From: Paraspadella gotoi
Lineage: Eukaryota; Animalia; Chaetognatha
Length of the DNA stretch: 64,000 bases
Direction of reading: 5' to 3'
NCBI GenBank assembly: GCA_051294375.1
Contig: CM119267.1
Span: forward strand, 11,915,553 to 11,979,552
Position numbers and translations under genes: made by a program. The notes beneath the pieces were generated by a model. That model was given only the letters and a program-made list of their open reading frames with translations, was not told the origin of the DNA and did no database searches. Each line of letters opens with the position of its first letter. Position 1 is the stretch's first letter. Below, one piece after another: positions 12,655 to 40,057 of the stretch.

Positions 12655-12886
12655 AATGAGCAATCAGGAAGAGGCTTTCGACTACGACAACGACAAAAAC
12701 TTGGACCGCAGCGAATCGAAGCAGGACCTTTGCGAGTGGGACTACGCCCAGCAGGAGTTCGAAGACGCTTGCGACGCCGTCGTCCCGTCCGCCGCCGCCG
12801 CCTCCGTTTCTGCGCCACATCGATTCGACGATGATGAGGAAGACGACGACGAAGACGACGTCAGCGATAGCGACCATCTCGTTTGA
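12655..12886 (+). CDS. Acidic 76-codon exon/ORF (alternative last exon or separate small ORF)
   Basis: Long pyrimidine tract with AAAG acceptor at 12654. Encodes MSNQEEAFDYDN...DDDEEDDDEDDVSDSDHLV*; GC3-rich; in frame with exon 11231-11316. Confidence 0.55.
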
Positions 12887-13265
12887 GAGGAGGCTCGTTC
12901 GTCTGGCTTTGTATTTCGTATATTTTACATAAAAAAGAGAAGACCGCATGCCGAAAAAACTCGTAAACGCTTTTCCCCTTTCGATTTTATATCCCCCTCG
13001 CCAAGCATTGCCAAGCTTCGTCCGTTCTTCCACTTTTTTTCTTCGAGCGTAAAAAATGCATAAACGTTAAAAAAAAAAAATTACCGCGATCGACCTGAAC
13101 GTTTCCTTCCTCTCGCCTCCTTGTAAAGAAACAACCTTGAGAATACGTAATATAAACCGATTTGAAAACTAAACTATTACGGAAACAACCAAAGACTTGC
13201 CAAAACCCACTTGAAAAAAAAATTACTCCTTTGACTACAAAGAACCTCGTAAAAAAACCTTGGAG

Positions 13266-14903
13266 ATGATGATGATGAACAGTTTGGAGCGGGAAAAGTC
13301 CCTGCAGGTGGAGCTGCAGGGTGGAATGAGATGCGTCAAGTATTCGGTCCTAGTCTTCAACCTCATCTTCTTCATTTCCGGTTTGGCGCTGATTATCACA
13401 GGCGCCGTCATTCAAACGCGATTTAGAGAGTACGCCAGGTGATTACAGAGTGAGGCAACTGGTGATTCCGGTGATTATGGTGTGAATCGCGTCCGTTGAA
13501 TAAGATTGAAGCTTGTAAAACCAGAGTGAGGCTGTCGAATAATAGAATATTGAAGAGGTAGTGATTTGTTGTTGTTGGTGGAAAGATCGTCACCAAGTTG
13601 AGGCATGTCGCCTGATGTGTTGTTGGCGGAAAGTGCATCGCCAGGTTGAGGCATGTCGCCTGAAAGTGTTGTTGTTGCTGTTGTGTTCGAAAGTCGGGCT
13701 CACCAATGGAAGAGTTTAATCAATGAACAAACTGTATTTGTTCTCATGTTCATTCGTTTCCCCTTAGTCTGATCGGTTCGGACCTGCCCCTCTCCTCTCC
13801 CGCCTACCTCCTCATCGGCGTGGGCATTGTCGTCTTCATCGTGGGCTCGCTCGGCGTCGCCGGCGCCTTCCGCGAATCTTTCTGCCTCCTCCTCGTCTAC
13901 ACCGTCCTGCTGGGCCTCGTCTTCGTCCTTGAGATCAGCGTCGGCATCGCAGCCTACACCATGAGACAGGCCATCGGTGAGCTTGAAATGGTATGGGTAT
14001 GGGTATGGGTAGCCACTCAATGGGGTGAGTCTAAAATTTTGAGTGAGTACAGGCTCAAACGAAAATTTATACATTTTTAAATATACTTTGAATGAACAAA
14101 ATATTTCTATACCCTAGAAATTAATTTTGTAATATTTATTTTTAGATAGGAAAAGCCAAAAAAGTTTTTTTTAATTTTAAGATCATTCAGATAGCTCATA
14201 AAAAGTTGTCTACACAAAGTATAATTCTTTTTTAAATATTTTTATGACTTTCGATTTCGTTGTTTTTTGGGAATTAGTGATGAACAATGATGAAGACTCG
14301 TTATCGTCGTCTTTATCTACGTCGTCGTCGTGTCATCGCCTTTCTAACTCCCACCTCCCTTTTCCCTTTGCTCGCTCTCCTCCCTCCCCCACTTCCACCA
14401 CACTAATCAGGCGCCATCGTGCGGGAGGGTCTAATGGCATCGCTGGCCAACTACCGAGACCACGACGCCACTCAGCGAGCATGGGATTATTTTCAGCGCG
14501 AGTTTCGTTGCTGCGGCGTCGACAACTACACTGATTGGAAGAATAATTACATGGTTAGATTGGGCGGCCAGGGCTGGGGCGGCTGGGGCGTCCGGGCAGT
14601 GTCCGACGGGTGGAAGAGTCATTACTCGTGATCGCTGATTGAGGAGCCCGGTTTTTTTTTTTTTTTGCTGATTGCGAAACGAAAGTTGAATCAGTTTTGC
14701 GAGTTTTTTTGTTGTTTTGTTGTTTTGTTTTGATTTTTTTTGGGTGGGGGGTTTGGTTTATTTTTTTATATGTTTCTTGTTTTTTTCTTCCTTCTATTTT
14801 TTCTAGATCCTTTTAGACAAAGTTTTTGTCTTCTTATTTTTCTTTCTTCCTCTCTGTCTCTGTCTCTCTCTATTTCCAAAGACAAACGTCGATCCCAATG
14901 GAA

Positions 14904-15001
<98 letters not shown>

Positions 15002-15276
15002 CCTTCCTAAATTCGACGCTTTTTTATCTAGGATAATTCAACAATTTAAAAGATCGACCATAAAATTTTGAGTTTCCTCGATTCATCAACTCCGCTTTCG
15101 ACGCCTTTAGCGAAATCCGCTGTGCGATAGAGCTACCAATTTTTTGTTCCATTTTATATACGATATTATTTTTCTATTTCATTCAATATATTAAAATTTA
15201 AATATTAAGACGCTTTCAGAGAGAAAGAAAAATGAAGATAGAAAGAAATATGGAAATAAAAGGAGAAAAATAACGA

Positions 15277-15308
<32 letters not shown>

Positions 15309-16411
15309 AAAGAAGAAGCAAAGAATAGGAAAAGGAAAAAATAGAGAAAGAAAGAAAGAAAGACAGAACAAAATATAAGAAAGAAAACGTGGAAAAATCG
15401 CTCATCTCTACCACAAAATTCCCCCCCCTTCCGCCTTTGCAGCATCCCAATTCCGGTCCCGGACACCTGCTGCGCAGCAGTTCAAGGGTCTGCGGCATCA
15501 AACGCTTTTACACGGCGAGCAGCATCAACCAAAAAAACCTGCTGCCTCGCGGTCCTTCAAAGCGGCGATTCCAGGTTTGGAGCGTGATTGGGGGGGCGGC
15601 GGGTTGGCAGTGGGGGGGAGGACGGAGGATTCGAGTAAGTGACTGATGAACGCGTCGTCGATGGATGAAAAACAAAGAACTGTAATTCCAATGTGTTGCG
15701 CGCCAGTGACTTTATTTTTACATGTATTTCCCTTTGATTACATGAATGACATAACTAAAAATTTTTTTTTGCCCATGTATTTATGACATGCACTGCATCA
15801 AAATTCTCTATCTTTATAGTTTTAGGAGTTACTGAAGGCGACGCTAGAAGTCGCCTTAGATTGTGAGTTTTTTTTCTGTTTTTAACAAATGATATGCAAT
15901 TATAGTGCATTTTAAAACAACCGACATCCAGACATGACGCGAACCGAGACCGACCGAAAAGTAGACTTATCGAGTTGCTCCGCGAGTACTCGCGGCGCAA
16001 CTAAAATGAGGGAAAAAAAGGACCGTTGACAAATGAACAAACGATGGCGAGATAAAGATCGAGAGGTTGATTAATGAATGGAGAACGGAAACGATAAGTT
16101 TGCGCGATATGACTGAATGAGGGAATGAATGATAAGGGGTTATATTATAATGATCGAATTAATGAATAACTACATAACATGATACATAATTTATTAATTA
16201 TTTTCCATTATCTTTTTTCAGTCTAACGTTATTGCCATGGCGACGACGGGTACGCTTGTGGCCGTTCTGCAGGTGACAATATTCATTGCTTCATTTTGAC
16301 AAGAAAAGTAGCCAGGTTATTCGCTAATTACATATTTTCTAACAGGTGCTGGTCATCTGCTTCGCTTCCGTACTCTGTCGCTCATTGATGCACGACTACG
16401 AGATGGTGTAA
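13266..16411 (+). CDS. Tetraspanin, CD63-like
   Basis: Exons 13266-13438, 13768-13976, 14411-14553, 15443-15574, 16222-16272, 16346-16411. GGMRCVKY start, four TM segments, CCG motif, PxxCC (out of frame in exon 4) and C-terminal YEMV YxxPhi sorting signal. Confidence 0.9.
13440..13714 (-). mobile_element. Internal fragment of an LTR retroelement related to the 38.3 kb TRIM
   Basis: Reverse complement of about 13560-13712 matches 38511-38665, including the PBS TGGTGAGCCCGAC. Lies in tetraspanin intron 1. Confidence 0.85.
14012..14265. mobile_element. Dispersed repeat family A, inverted partial copy
   Basis: Reverse complement of about 7050-7305 (GCTCATAAAAAGTTGTCTACACAAAGT). Confidence 0.85.
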
Positions 16412-18014
16412 GAACTCTATGCGACGCCCTTCGGCAAAACTGAAAACTAAAACTAAACAACAAAAGGCTTTCTCTCATGCCTAATTGAGCGGCGAGGGAA
16501 AAAACTTTTCGACAATCATTCTACAAGAACAATCGAAAATATACAATGCACAATACGTCGACAACGACAACGACGACGACGAATACTCGTTAATTCTCAA
16601 CACCAAAAAAAATAAAAAAATTCCATACACCGTCTTTCTTTCCGAACTGCCAATTTTCTTACCGTGCGAATCGAGAGGAAAATATGAAATAAGGAATATG
16701 TTTGGAATTTTGAGTTGTCTGCTGGTCAATCATGTACATTTTTGTTTTTATTTTCAGTGGTTTAATATATTTTCAATGCGTATATAACTGTCGAGCCGGA
16801 AACGCCTGATGGCGCTAATGACAGATGTGACAAGTAATGTGGACGAAAGATGTATTCGCTCAATCTTTTATGCTGTCGGCGCTTTTATTTCGGACTTTTA
16901 AACATATAGTAAAGTTAATGAGCTTTTTTTAAAATCGCCTTCCCTGTTAAAAATTTATAAAAATTGTTTACCTAAAAAAATGAGGGGAAAAATAGTTGGT
17001 GTGAGCGCCGTCTCATTCGCCGAATGATTTTTACTCCCATCGATAATGATAATCACTTTTGAAAAAAAAAAGCTCATATAAGCGCATTCATTCAAGTTAT
17101 ATCGATACTAAGGGGGTTAAAAGTTATTCTTTCTTCCCACGAGGCGTTCTTGTATCAATGATAAAAGTATACATATTTATTTAGGCGTGTTATCGTTTTC
17201 CTATAAATGTTTCTTACATCTACTTCCATGTTCGTTTTAATTATAGATTTTTCCTCAGTTCTTTCTTTCCTTTCAAATTAAAAAAAAAAATCTTTTTTTA
17301 AAATAAAAATTCGTCAAATAAAATTCACCAAACGTGCATGTGTGTCAGTAAATTTGTACGAATAAATTCTGAAAATAAAACTTGTCTTTCGCTTTGATTC
17401 ACTAGCGTGAAGGAAAAGAAAATTTTAATAAAGCTATGGAGTGAAAAAAACAAATTTTGACTCGGAAAGAATGAAATGAATGATCCGTAAGCTAAACGTT
17501 TAAGAAAAAAAAAAAGAGTAAAAAATAAAGGAAAGGACGAAATGAAGGTAATGGAATTCTAAAAATTAAATTACAAAATAAGAAATAAAAATTTCAAGCT
17601 CACAATTCTCCCCGTCGCCTGCTTTGCTCGATCGAACGTTTCTTGGATATCGCATTTAACGAACGTTTCTTCGATTTAACGTCTCGCTGTTCGGCGTTTT
17701 TATATCTTTTATTGTTTCGTCGCCGTCGTCGTCCTTCGGGGCATATGGTCGGAGTGATTCGAGAGACGAAAATGGGGGGCGCAACTGTGATGACGAAATC
17801 ATCACCATGACGTCGCCCGCGACCCCGACGACCAGAAATTCATCAAAAACGGATTTCAATTTTAGATCTTTTTTTATTTTAATTTTTTTTAAGGGGAGGA
17901 GGGAGGGGGGCGAAACGAGCTCGAAAGAATTTCTTTTCTGTTGGGAGGAGGAGGAAGTTAAATGATAAAAAAGAAAATATTATGTTGTCTCCCCGGAAGC
18001 CTGTTGTTCTTGTT

Positions 18015-18048
<34 letters not shown>

Positions 18049-19973
18049 GCGACGCAATTCCAAAACGCCTCGAAATTAAGACGAGATTTTGTCTGAGGCG
18101 TTCCGAGTTGCGACGAATTAATTCGCGATGCAATAAAAACGAATAATAAATTGCCCAAAGCGCCTCCCCCCCCAGGCGTTGGGGGGCTTTCTCGTCGTCG
18201 TTGTGATCTTGTCAATTAGTAAAACCGAGAAAATATTGTCTTTTCGGTTACAGAAAAAAGCTATTAAAAAACAATGGAAGTAATTAAAACCTAGTCGAAT
18301 TTAAAAATAAAAAACCTACTTATAAAGAACGTTTTTACGTAATAATATTCTAATACGGGAATTTTTAAATTTAATTATTAAGAAAAAGAGTCATTCAAAT
18401 CAACTTTAAAATAGGTCAAAATGGAGTACCGATTCAAAAAGTTGAGCTCCTGCGATTCCGAAAATGTACTCACTTTAAACATTTGATACATTCTTCGCCA
18501 TTTTATATATATATATATATATATATATTTTCTTCTCAAATGCTTAGCTATGAGAAATATTAAATTATATACATTGTAAATGTAAGTAAATTACAATGTC
18601 TTCAAGGTAAAAATAACAATCTCTCGCAACGTTTTTTTCCTCAAAAAATACCTTAAAGTGTTTTCGTGGTTATTCCCGAATTGTCCACCAAAAGGTCAAG
18701 GGAATTTTTTTTAGCCGATATTCATGACGTTGTCTTTCGTCGCCAAGGTCGTAACGACGGTGGTCACTTTGACTTTGCCAAGTCAAACTCATCGCCTCAT
18801 CGCGACCCATTTTTACCATCGAAACTCCGAAGGAAGAAAGAGACTTAACCTCGTGACCGGGTCTTTCGACCCCTGGGGTCAAAAGGGGCGAAAATACGTC
18901 ACTTGGCTTTCAGAGAATAAAGTCTCCGTGAAATATGGATGAGATGTTGAGAAGTTGGAACCCGATGCCTCGTGAAGGCAATTGACAGATTCGTCGGGAA
19001 GAAGGTAGTTTTTTTTCCTTCTTTCATAAATACACTGAAAATTTTTGGATTAACGGCTACTTTTAGAACTCTCTCTTTTTCTATGTCGTTGTATTTTGGC
19101 TCGTTTACCATCATTGAACAATGAACAACATCTAACAATATGAAAAATATGAAATCAGAATCGCGAGAAAAAAAACTTCAGTCTCGGAAAAACGTATCTT
19201 TATGTTGTTAAAGTACTCAGAATAGTACATACCGAGAAAGTATTACCTATGGTAGCTAACACTTTCGGCGATGATTTTTATTTTACAATTATATTATTCC
19301 ATTTAATTTTAAACCCCTGAGTCAGTTTATCCCTCTCCGGTCTCCATCCGTCGCCCAAACGCCGAACGCGCCGTCAAAAGTCGGACCACCCGCGGTGGCC
19401 ATCAGCCTTCCTCGGAAGACCTCTTCCAACCTCCGACTCCCCTCCAACCTTTCGTCAGTCTCGTCGGCGATCTCCACCGACTCGACGGACGGTTCGAGCG
19501 TCGGTCAGCTTCTGTTCCTCCCTCAGTGGGCCGCCTTTTTTTTTTTGGCGGGAGGCAAGACTTTCGGCCACCGCCACCACCCCGGTATCCCCCCACCCCC
19601 CGCTATCTAGCCTCCGGGGGGAGTCAGATAGCCAAAGGCACCGTGAAATATGAATACGAAACGAAGGCGACGAAGCGGAGAGACCCTCGGCTGAGGTGGT
19701 GACGTTTCGACGGCGGAGGTGACACCGGGGCCGCGAGCCGAGGGATGGTGGCGGATAGGTGGGGGTGGTTCGTGACGCGGACGGTGGTCAAGCGGGCCGT
19801 CACGACTCCCGAGGGCCAACAGCTGTCGTCGGGGATTCGTTGATCGATGAGATTCCGGGGTTACAACAACTCGGAACGGGAAAAAGTGACGACGACGACG
19901 ACGTTCGTTTAAAGGCATCGGAAACCGCGCGCCGTGGTCAGTTTTGAAAAACGGACAATTCTTGTCGTTTGAG

Positions 19974-20101
<128 letters not shown>

Positions 20102-21622
20102 AAGAAAGGGTCAAAAGTGGAAAGCGGCTATGAATAATTTTCGAGCGTTGCAACATTGCCGGGGATACTGACAGGATTTTCAATGCAAAGGGTAATCTAA
20201 GTTATGTGAAATAAAAATATTGCAAGAAGAAAGATGAGAATACTTGAGGCTAAGGATAAAAAAATTGGTATAATTGGTTACAATTAAAAATAAAAGCAGA
20301 TGACGCAAAATGATGCTTGATGGAATATCAATATAGTAAAAAATAATTAAAGAAGAAAAGTAGTATTTGTTCGCAAGTAAAATTAGATAGGGGAGGAAAA
20401 CTATATTGCATTCATTTGCTAAAAATCAAAAAACTAAAATCTCACACAAAAGAAAAATCTTGCGAAGAAAATCCCCGCAAGAACGTCAATATTGTTCCAA
20501 ACGAAGATTTTTTTTCTTTAATATGTCGGATTACGTCTATGACGGACGTCAACGCACGAGTGACATCGAAAAAGGCGCGAAATCCGCGCCGCGCCGTCGA
20601 CGACGCACAAACAACGGCGCGCTTCGTCCGCGGATGGGTGACGTCGCGGTCCGATGCGTATCCTTGGCTGTGGCCATCTTGGCGGAACCCTTACCAACGA
20701 GAGAGAGAGAGAGAGAGAGAGGGGGGGAGAGAGAGAGATGGGTTGTGGTGGAGATAAAACAAAGTCAAAATCCTCAATACGTACATTTAGGTCCAAGAAA
20801 TATATATAAATTATATATGGTCCTCAATTACTTAATCACGATATTTTTTGAAACAGATTAAACAGAATTTTAGTAAACTCATAGCAAAAAATGTTATTTT
20901 AATAGAAAGATTACAAATACAACTTCTTCAAAAACCTCTAAATTTTCAAAAAAATGAAAAATACTTCCGCGAGATACTTGACTGAAACTTTAGCAATTCT
21001 TTTTTTAGCCAACCACTCTCTCAAATCTGTTTGACAGCCATCTCATGTCAAAGTGGGGCTTTTTCATCGGCCACCCGCTATTGCCACTTCAGAAGTCTTT
21101 GGAACGGATCTTTTTCCGTGCACTTTCAACCATCGTGACCGAAACTAAGAAACCAGCAAGATTTCTCTTTTTGTGCGTACGAATTTCGAATCATTATCAT
21201 CATAGTTTTCTCTTAGCAACTCTCGATGTATTTACCGTTTAAATAAAAACTGGGAAGGAAACAAAGAGAAGCGATAATTAAACCTACTATTCCCTCGAAC
21301 AAACAATATTTTTTTGTTTAATTCTCTCTCTTTTTCTCTCACTTAAAGCGTCGCGAAAATGCTCGCACCAATTTTCTCTTTTGTCCCTTTTTCTTTCTTT
21401 TTCCTCACTTCTTTTTCTGTTTCTCCTTTTTTCCTCCGCGTCGCTTTTCTCGCGGAGGCAATCGGCGAAGCGATTTGAAAATCGAGGAAAAACACGCATC
21501 GATCGATCGGAATAAATGAAATGGGCGAGAAAAAATGGAGGAAAGGGGGAGGAGAAAAAGGGAGGAAAAAGAACCAAACAAAAAACAAAAAATAGTTTCG
21601 TTTCTCTGTTTCCACTCCCATT

Positions 21623-21714
<92 letters not shown>

Positions 21715-23227
21715 GGAGCAATCGGTCGATTAAAGATTTTTCTCATTTCTTAAAAAAAAATTAAAACTTTTTTTCGGGTGGCGATCACGCCGTGGTAAAC
21801 CCAACCCCCTCACACATCATCCCCCCACCAGCAAATCTCCCTACCCTTGGTTTCCAAACCCCACAACGGTAACTATGGTGCACGCCATGGTGAAATCGAA
21901 TTAACCCTCGGCGCGGAAATAAGTTGGAAGGCGAAAAACTTGATCGACGAGGGTGACCCACAACCAAAGTCAAAATTTAAGTCCGCACCCAAGGGATCTA
22001 CCACCTTACCACCCACCTTTTTCTACCGTCCCTACCTCCCGCGACCACTATTTCAACACCTCTTCAATATATCTTTTTGTTTACGTTTGTGTGTGTGTGT
22101 TTTTCGACGAAAAATCTTCGCCATCTGGATTTTTATTTTTTTAAGTTCGAGTCGGCAACGGAATAAACAATTAAGATCAGAGCGAAACAATGGAATTCAA
22201 GGAAATGAGTGATGAGGGCAGGTTTGGGTCCGAGCCTCTTTGTCTCCCTACCTTTATATTCGCGCTATCGATTAAGATTTGGGATTTGGTGCTAACCTAC
22301 GAACTCAATCTCTGCCTCACCCCCCGACCCCCCCTCCCAACCCCCTCTTTCTCCCCATTTCTGCTCCGTTTTTTGATTTAAGATTTGTTTGCGGTTTTAT
22401 TCTTGAGTCACCCCCGGCTCGTCGAGTTAGCACCGGGGAGACGGCCATATATCACCTCGCGTTTGAAAAAAGGAATTTTGAAAAAACTGAGGATTTTGAG
22501 AGAAATTTTCATTTGTCTTTTTCGTCGAGGTTTGTGGGTCGCGGAAGAGGGCGAGTTGGGCTCTTCTATACGGAATCAACGCTTGGGTTTCTTCACTCTT
22601 GGGTGATTCAGATTTTGGGTATAAAATTGTTAAGTAGGCATTCCCATTTCGGGAAAAATATAATAAAGTTGAGTTTGATTATAAATTTTGAAAGATAGAG
22701 CTTTCTAAAAAGTGAGAAACAATTAATAGTTGAAGGAATATCTTATTCACAGGCAGCAGTAGGCACTGCCTACTGCTGCCTACTAGGCAGTTCGCAGTAG
22801 CAATTCGCAGTGCGGTTTCGATTTTTTGTCAGGAGCAACGACCATCGACAACTTTCCATTTCCTGCCGACGATAACGATTGCCCCCCCCCCCTTAAACAC
22901 CCCCTCCCACCCGTGTTTTTATCAGTCGATTCAATCAGTCCTCTCTCTTCCTTCAACATCCAACGACCTCTACCCAAATTGGTTTACAAACGACGAACGA
23001 ATTGGTTAGATGCTCGAGGCATCTTCCTCCCTCCCTCCAGCAATTCAGAGTCGCGGCTCCGCTTTTACAAAAATTTTAAAAACGGGATTTTTTCCCTTGT
23101 CAATGATTAATTTAATAAATGCAAATTAATTCTAGATTTAAGGCTTTTATCCGTGTTCGAGGGAAAAAAACGTTTGAAAAAAATCTTAAAACAGTTTTGA
23201 TCCCGCCTTTACTTTCTTTCAGCGCCT

Positions 23228-23297
<70 letters not shown>

Positions 23298-23312
23298 TAA
23301 TTTCTCCTCCTC

Positions 23313-37255
<13,943 letters not shown>

Positions 37256-38283
37256 TTAGTTAATATTCTTTTCTTCAATTTATAAGATAATTTGACCAGT
37301 ATTAATTGTTAATCGTTTTACGATTGTTTTTATCAAACCAAATAAATCTGTGCCATTTAATTTTATCGATGAATTGTAAATTGATATTAGAATTAGACAT
37401 TATTTCTGCCACAATAAAACGAAAAATATTTTAATACGTACTAAATATTTCTGATCAAATTTGGTTCGAGTTATGTCTCAGTCGATAAGCAAGTTCCGAA
37501 ATTCATAATCATTCGTATTGTTAGAACCAAAGACATCGTAGGGCGTATTAGGACGAGGACGGAACGCGTATCTTAATAAATAAATAAATAAAAGAATCAG
37601 TAGCGGGACGCTAGTACTAGTAGTATTAGTACTAGTAGCGCCTCATTATAAATTTGGGCTCCAAAAAAATCGAAATCGAATTTTAATCATTAAATTAATG
37701 ATTCCAATGCAATGTCAGAGCCTAAATTACCATAAACTTTAAAGTGAAACATGAATCCTATAAAAAATTAGATACATGTTATTAATTAATATTCGTTATT
37801 ATATTTGTGTTAAATATAGATAATATATTCTTCTTACCACACAATTTCATAGATCGACGCTAATTCACAAGCGAAACAAAAGACAACTTAATTTACTCAG
37901 TTAACGCACTGGAGCGCTTCTTATGGTTATCCGTTATGAAAAAAAATACCAAAACCTCATTATAAATATAATACTAATAGCTGTTATTAATAGCTAAGAA
38001 AATAAAAAAAATTCTACAAAATATTGATTGCTTAGTTCTTTGTTTTTACTTTAATCTTTATTTCCATATTTTTTATATTTTTAAATGTTGACCAATTACC
38101 ATACAATCGCTTAACCTTCAATTCACGGAATGCACATTGCATAATATTATTGTTTCTCGTTTTTATTTCAGAAAAAAAAAGCTAAGAAAAAATTACAGAA
38201 ATTATAGATTTACAAGATTTACAAGAGATATTAATTTAAGGGGAGGAGCACAAGTTTTTGGGCCTATATTCATTAGTTAGGGC

Positions 38284-38939
38284 TATGGTGGACTAAAATC
38301 CACCAACCGTTCATCAGCGGCCATTGGTGCCGGAGGCAAGTCATTCACCTCCCAACCCAAAGGTCCGGGGTTCTAGCCCGGTGGTCGTCTGGCAGTTAAG
38401 AGGGACGGGGCGTTAAACCCGCCTGTAACTCGGTGTTACAGCCTGATCCGAAGCTCAGGGACTGCTTATATTGAACGGTTCTGTCACTAACACATTATAA
38501 TAATTATTGTCTCTACATTGGTGAGCCCGACTTCCAAACACAACAGCAACCACAATACTTTCAGGCGACATGCCTCAACCTGGCGATGCACTTTCCGCCC
38601 ACAACACATCAGGCGACATGCTTCAACTTGGTGACGAACTTTCCACCAACAATAACAATTCACTGAAGAGACGAAACAGACTTTTCCCTATGGGAGGGGG
38701 GGATGTATGGTGGACCAAAATCCACCAACCGTTTATCAGCGGCCATTGGTGCCGGAGGCAAGTCATTCACCTCCCAACCCAAAGGTCCGGGGTTCTAGCC
38801 CGGTGGTCGTCTGGCAGTTAAGAGGGACAGGGCGCTTAACCCGCCTGTAACTCTGTGTTACAGCCTGATCCGGAGCTCAGGGACTGCTTATATTGAACGG
38901 TTCTGTCATTAACACATTACAATTATCACTGTCTCTTCA
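38284..38939 (+). mobile_element. TRIM (miniature LTR retrotransposon) with tRNA-like sequence in both LTRs
   Basis: 5' LTR 38284-38517 (ends TACA), PBS TGGTGAGCCCGAC 38519-38531, PPT GGGAGGGGGGGA 38692-38703, 3' LTR 38704-38939 (TGTA...CA), GGGC target duplication at 38280-38283 and 38940-38943. tRNA-like segments at 38317-38388 and 38739-38810. Confidence 0.9.
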
Positions 38940-39382
38940 GGGCTAATTTTCTACTTTAAAACGTTGAAAACCGCAGCCCTCTATTTTTTCTGAAACCAAT
39001 AAAATTTATTCGAAAATTCTTTGTTCCAAAAGGATTGTCGGAGGACATTCATTTTTTGGTTACCAAGTCCTCTCCTAAATGTCTAAATTCTTCCGCATCC
39101 ATTTTTTTATTCCTAGATCTTTATAAAATTGAAAAAAATGATAATAATAATAATTTTAAATAAATTAAATGTTACGTTTTTCATTCATTAGGATTTATAC
39201 ATTATTACATATTTTATTTATTTTTACACAATTACAATTTTTAGTTTTTCTCATAAAAAAGTTTTTATTAATTATGCTCTTTAATTAGTGATAAATGCAA
39301 GTTTAAAATATATTATTATGTAGAATATTAATATACTTACGGATTCGCGTGTACTATAAAATTTATTTCTTGATACTGCTAG

Positions 39383-39985
39383 TAGAAATCTATTATGAAA
39401 TTCAATTCAATAGGGGCGAGGGTTCAAAACTTTAGTCTTGAAGTCTACTTTTAGGTAAAAAAAGATTTTTTAAAAAAAGTTAATGCTTTTATTGTTGCTA
39501 TTAAAATTACAATATTACTATATAATGATAAAAATTGTTTTTAATCAATCTTAACTTTTTTTAATGGATTCTAATAGAGCATAAAAAGTTAAATAAAAAA
39601 TTTAACTACAACTTTCAAAAATATTTGTTTTCTTGGTCAAAATTAAGAAAAAGTAATAAAATTATCGAAAAATAATGATGATGATGATTATAAATAGTTT
39701 TTCATATTTTTTACACACTTATGATCATAATATCGAAAAAAGAATTATACTTTGTGTAGACAACTTTTTGCAAGCTACCTGAATCTGACCTTAAAAATAA
39801 AAAATAACTAAAAAAATTTTTAGCCTTTCCTATTTATAAATAAATATTAAAAAATTAATATATGGAGTATGGAGTAATATTTAAAAAATTTGTCTATTCA
39901 AATTTTTTTAAAAAATGTCTAAATTTTCGTTTGAGCAGGTGCTTAATTCAAATTTCCTAACCACCTTACTGAGTTAGTCTCCCCC
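39383..39985. mobile_element. Dispersed repeat family A, apparently full-length copy
   Basis: Longest copy; flanked by the direct repeat TACTGCTAG (39374-39382 and 39986-39994); no terminal inverted repeats seen. Confidence 0.8.
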
Positions 39986-40057
39986 TACTGCTAGATGTGG
40001 ATGATGATCTTCTTTGGATAGAAAAAAATAACGTTTAATAATATAACTAGCGTTTTC

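Noticed and set aside
18715-19950. GC-rich exon-like patches with apparent splice sites
   Set aside because: I found no frame free of stops or shifts and no recognisable motif. A pseudogene or lncRNA cannot be excluded.
38317-38388. Functional tRNA-Gly(CCC) gene
   Set aside because: The anticodon and D stems do not pair, the T arm is irregular, and it sits inside an LTR.
38570-38821. 83-aa ORF in the TRIM
   Set aside because: It reads from the internal region through the PPT into the 3' LTR. At most it is a gag start remnant.
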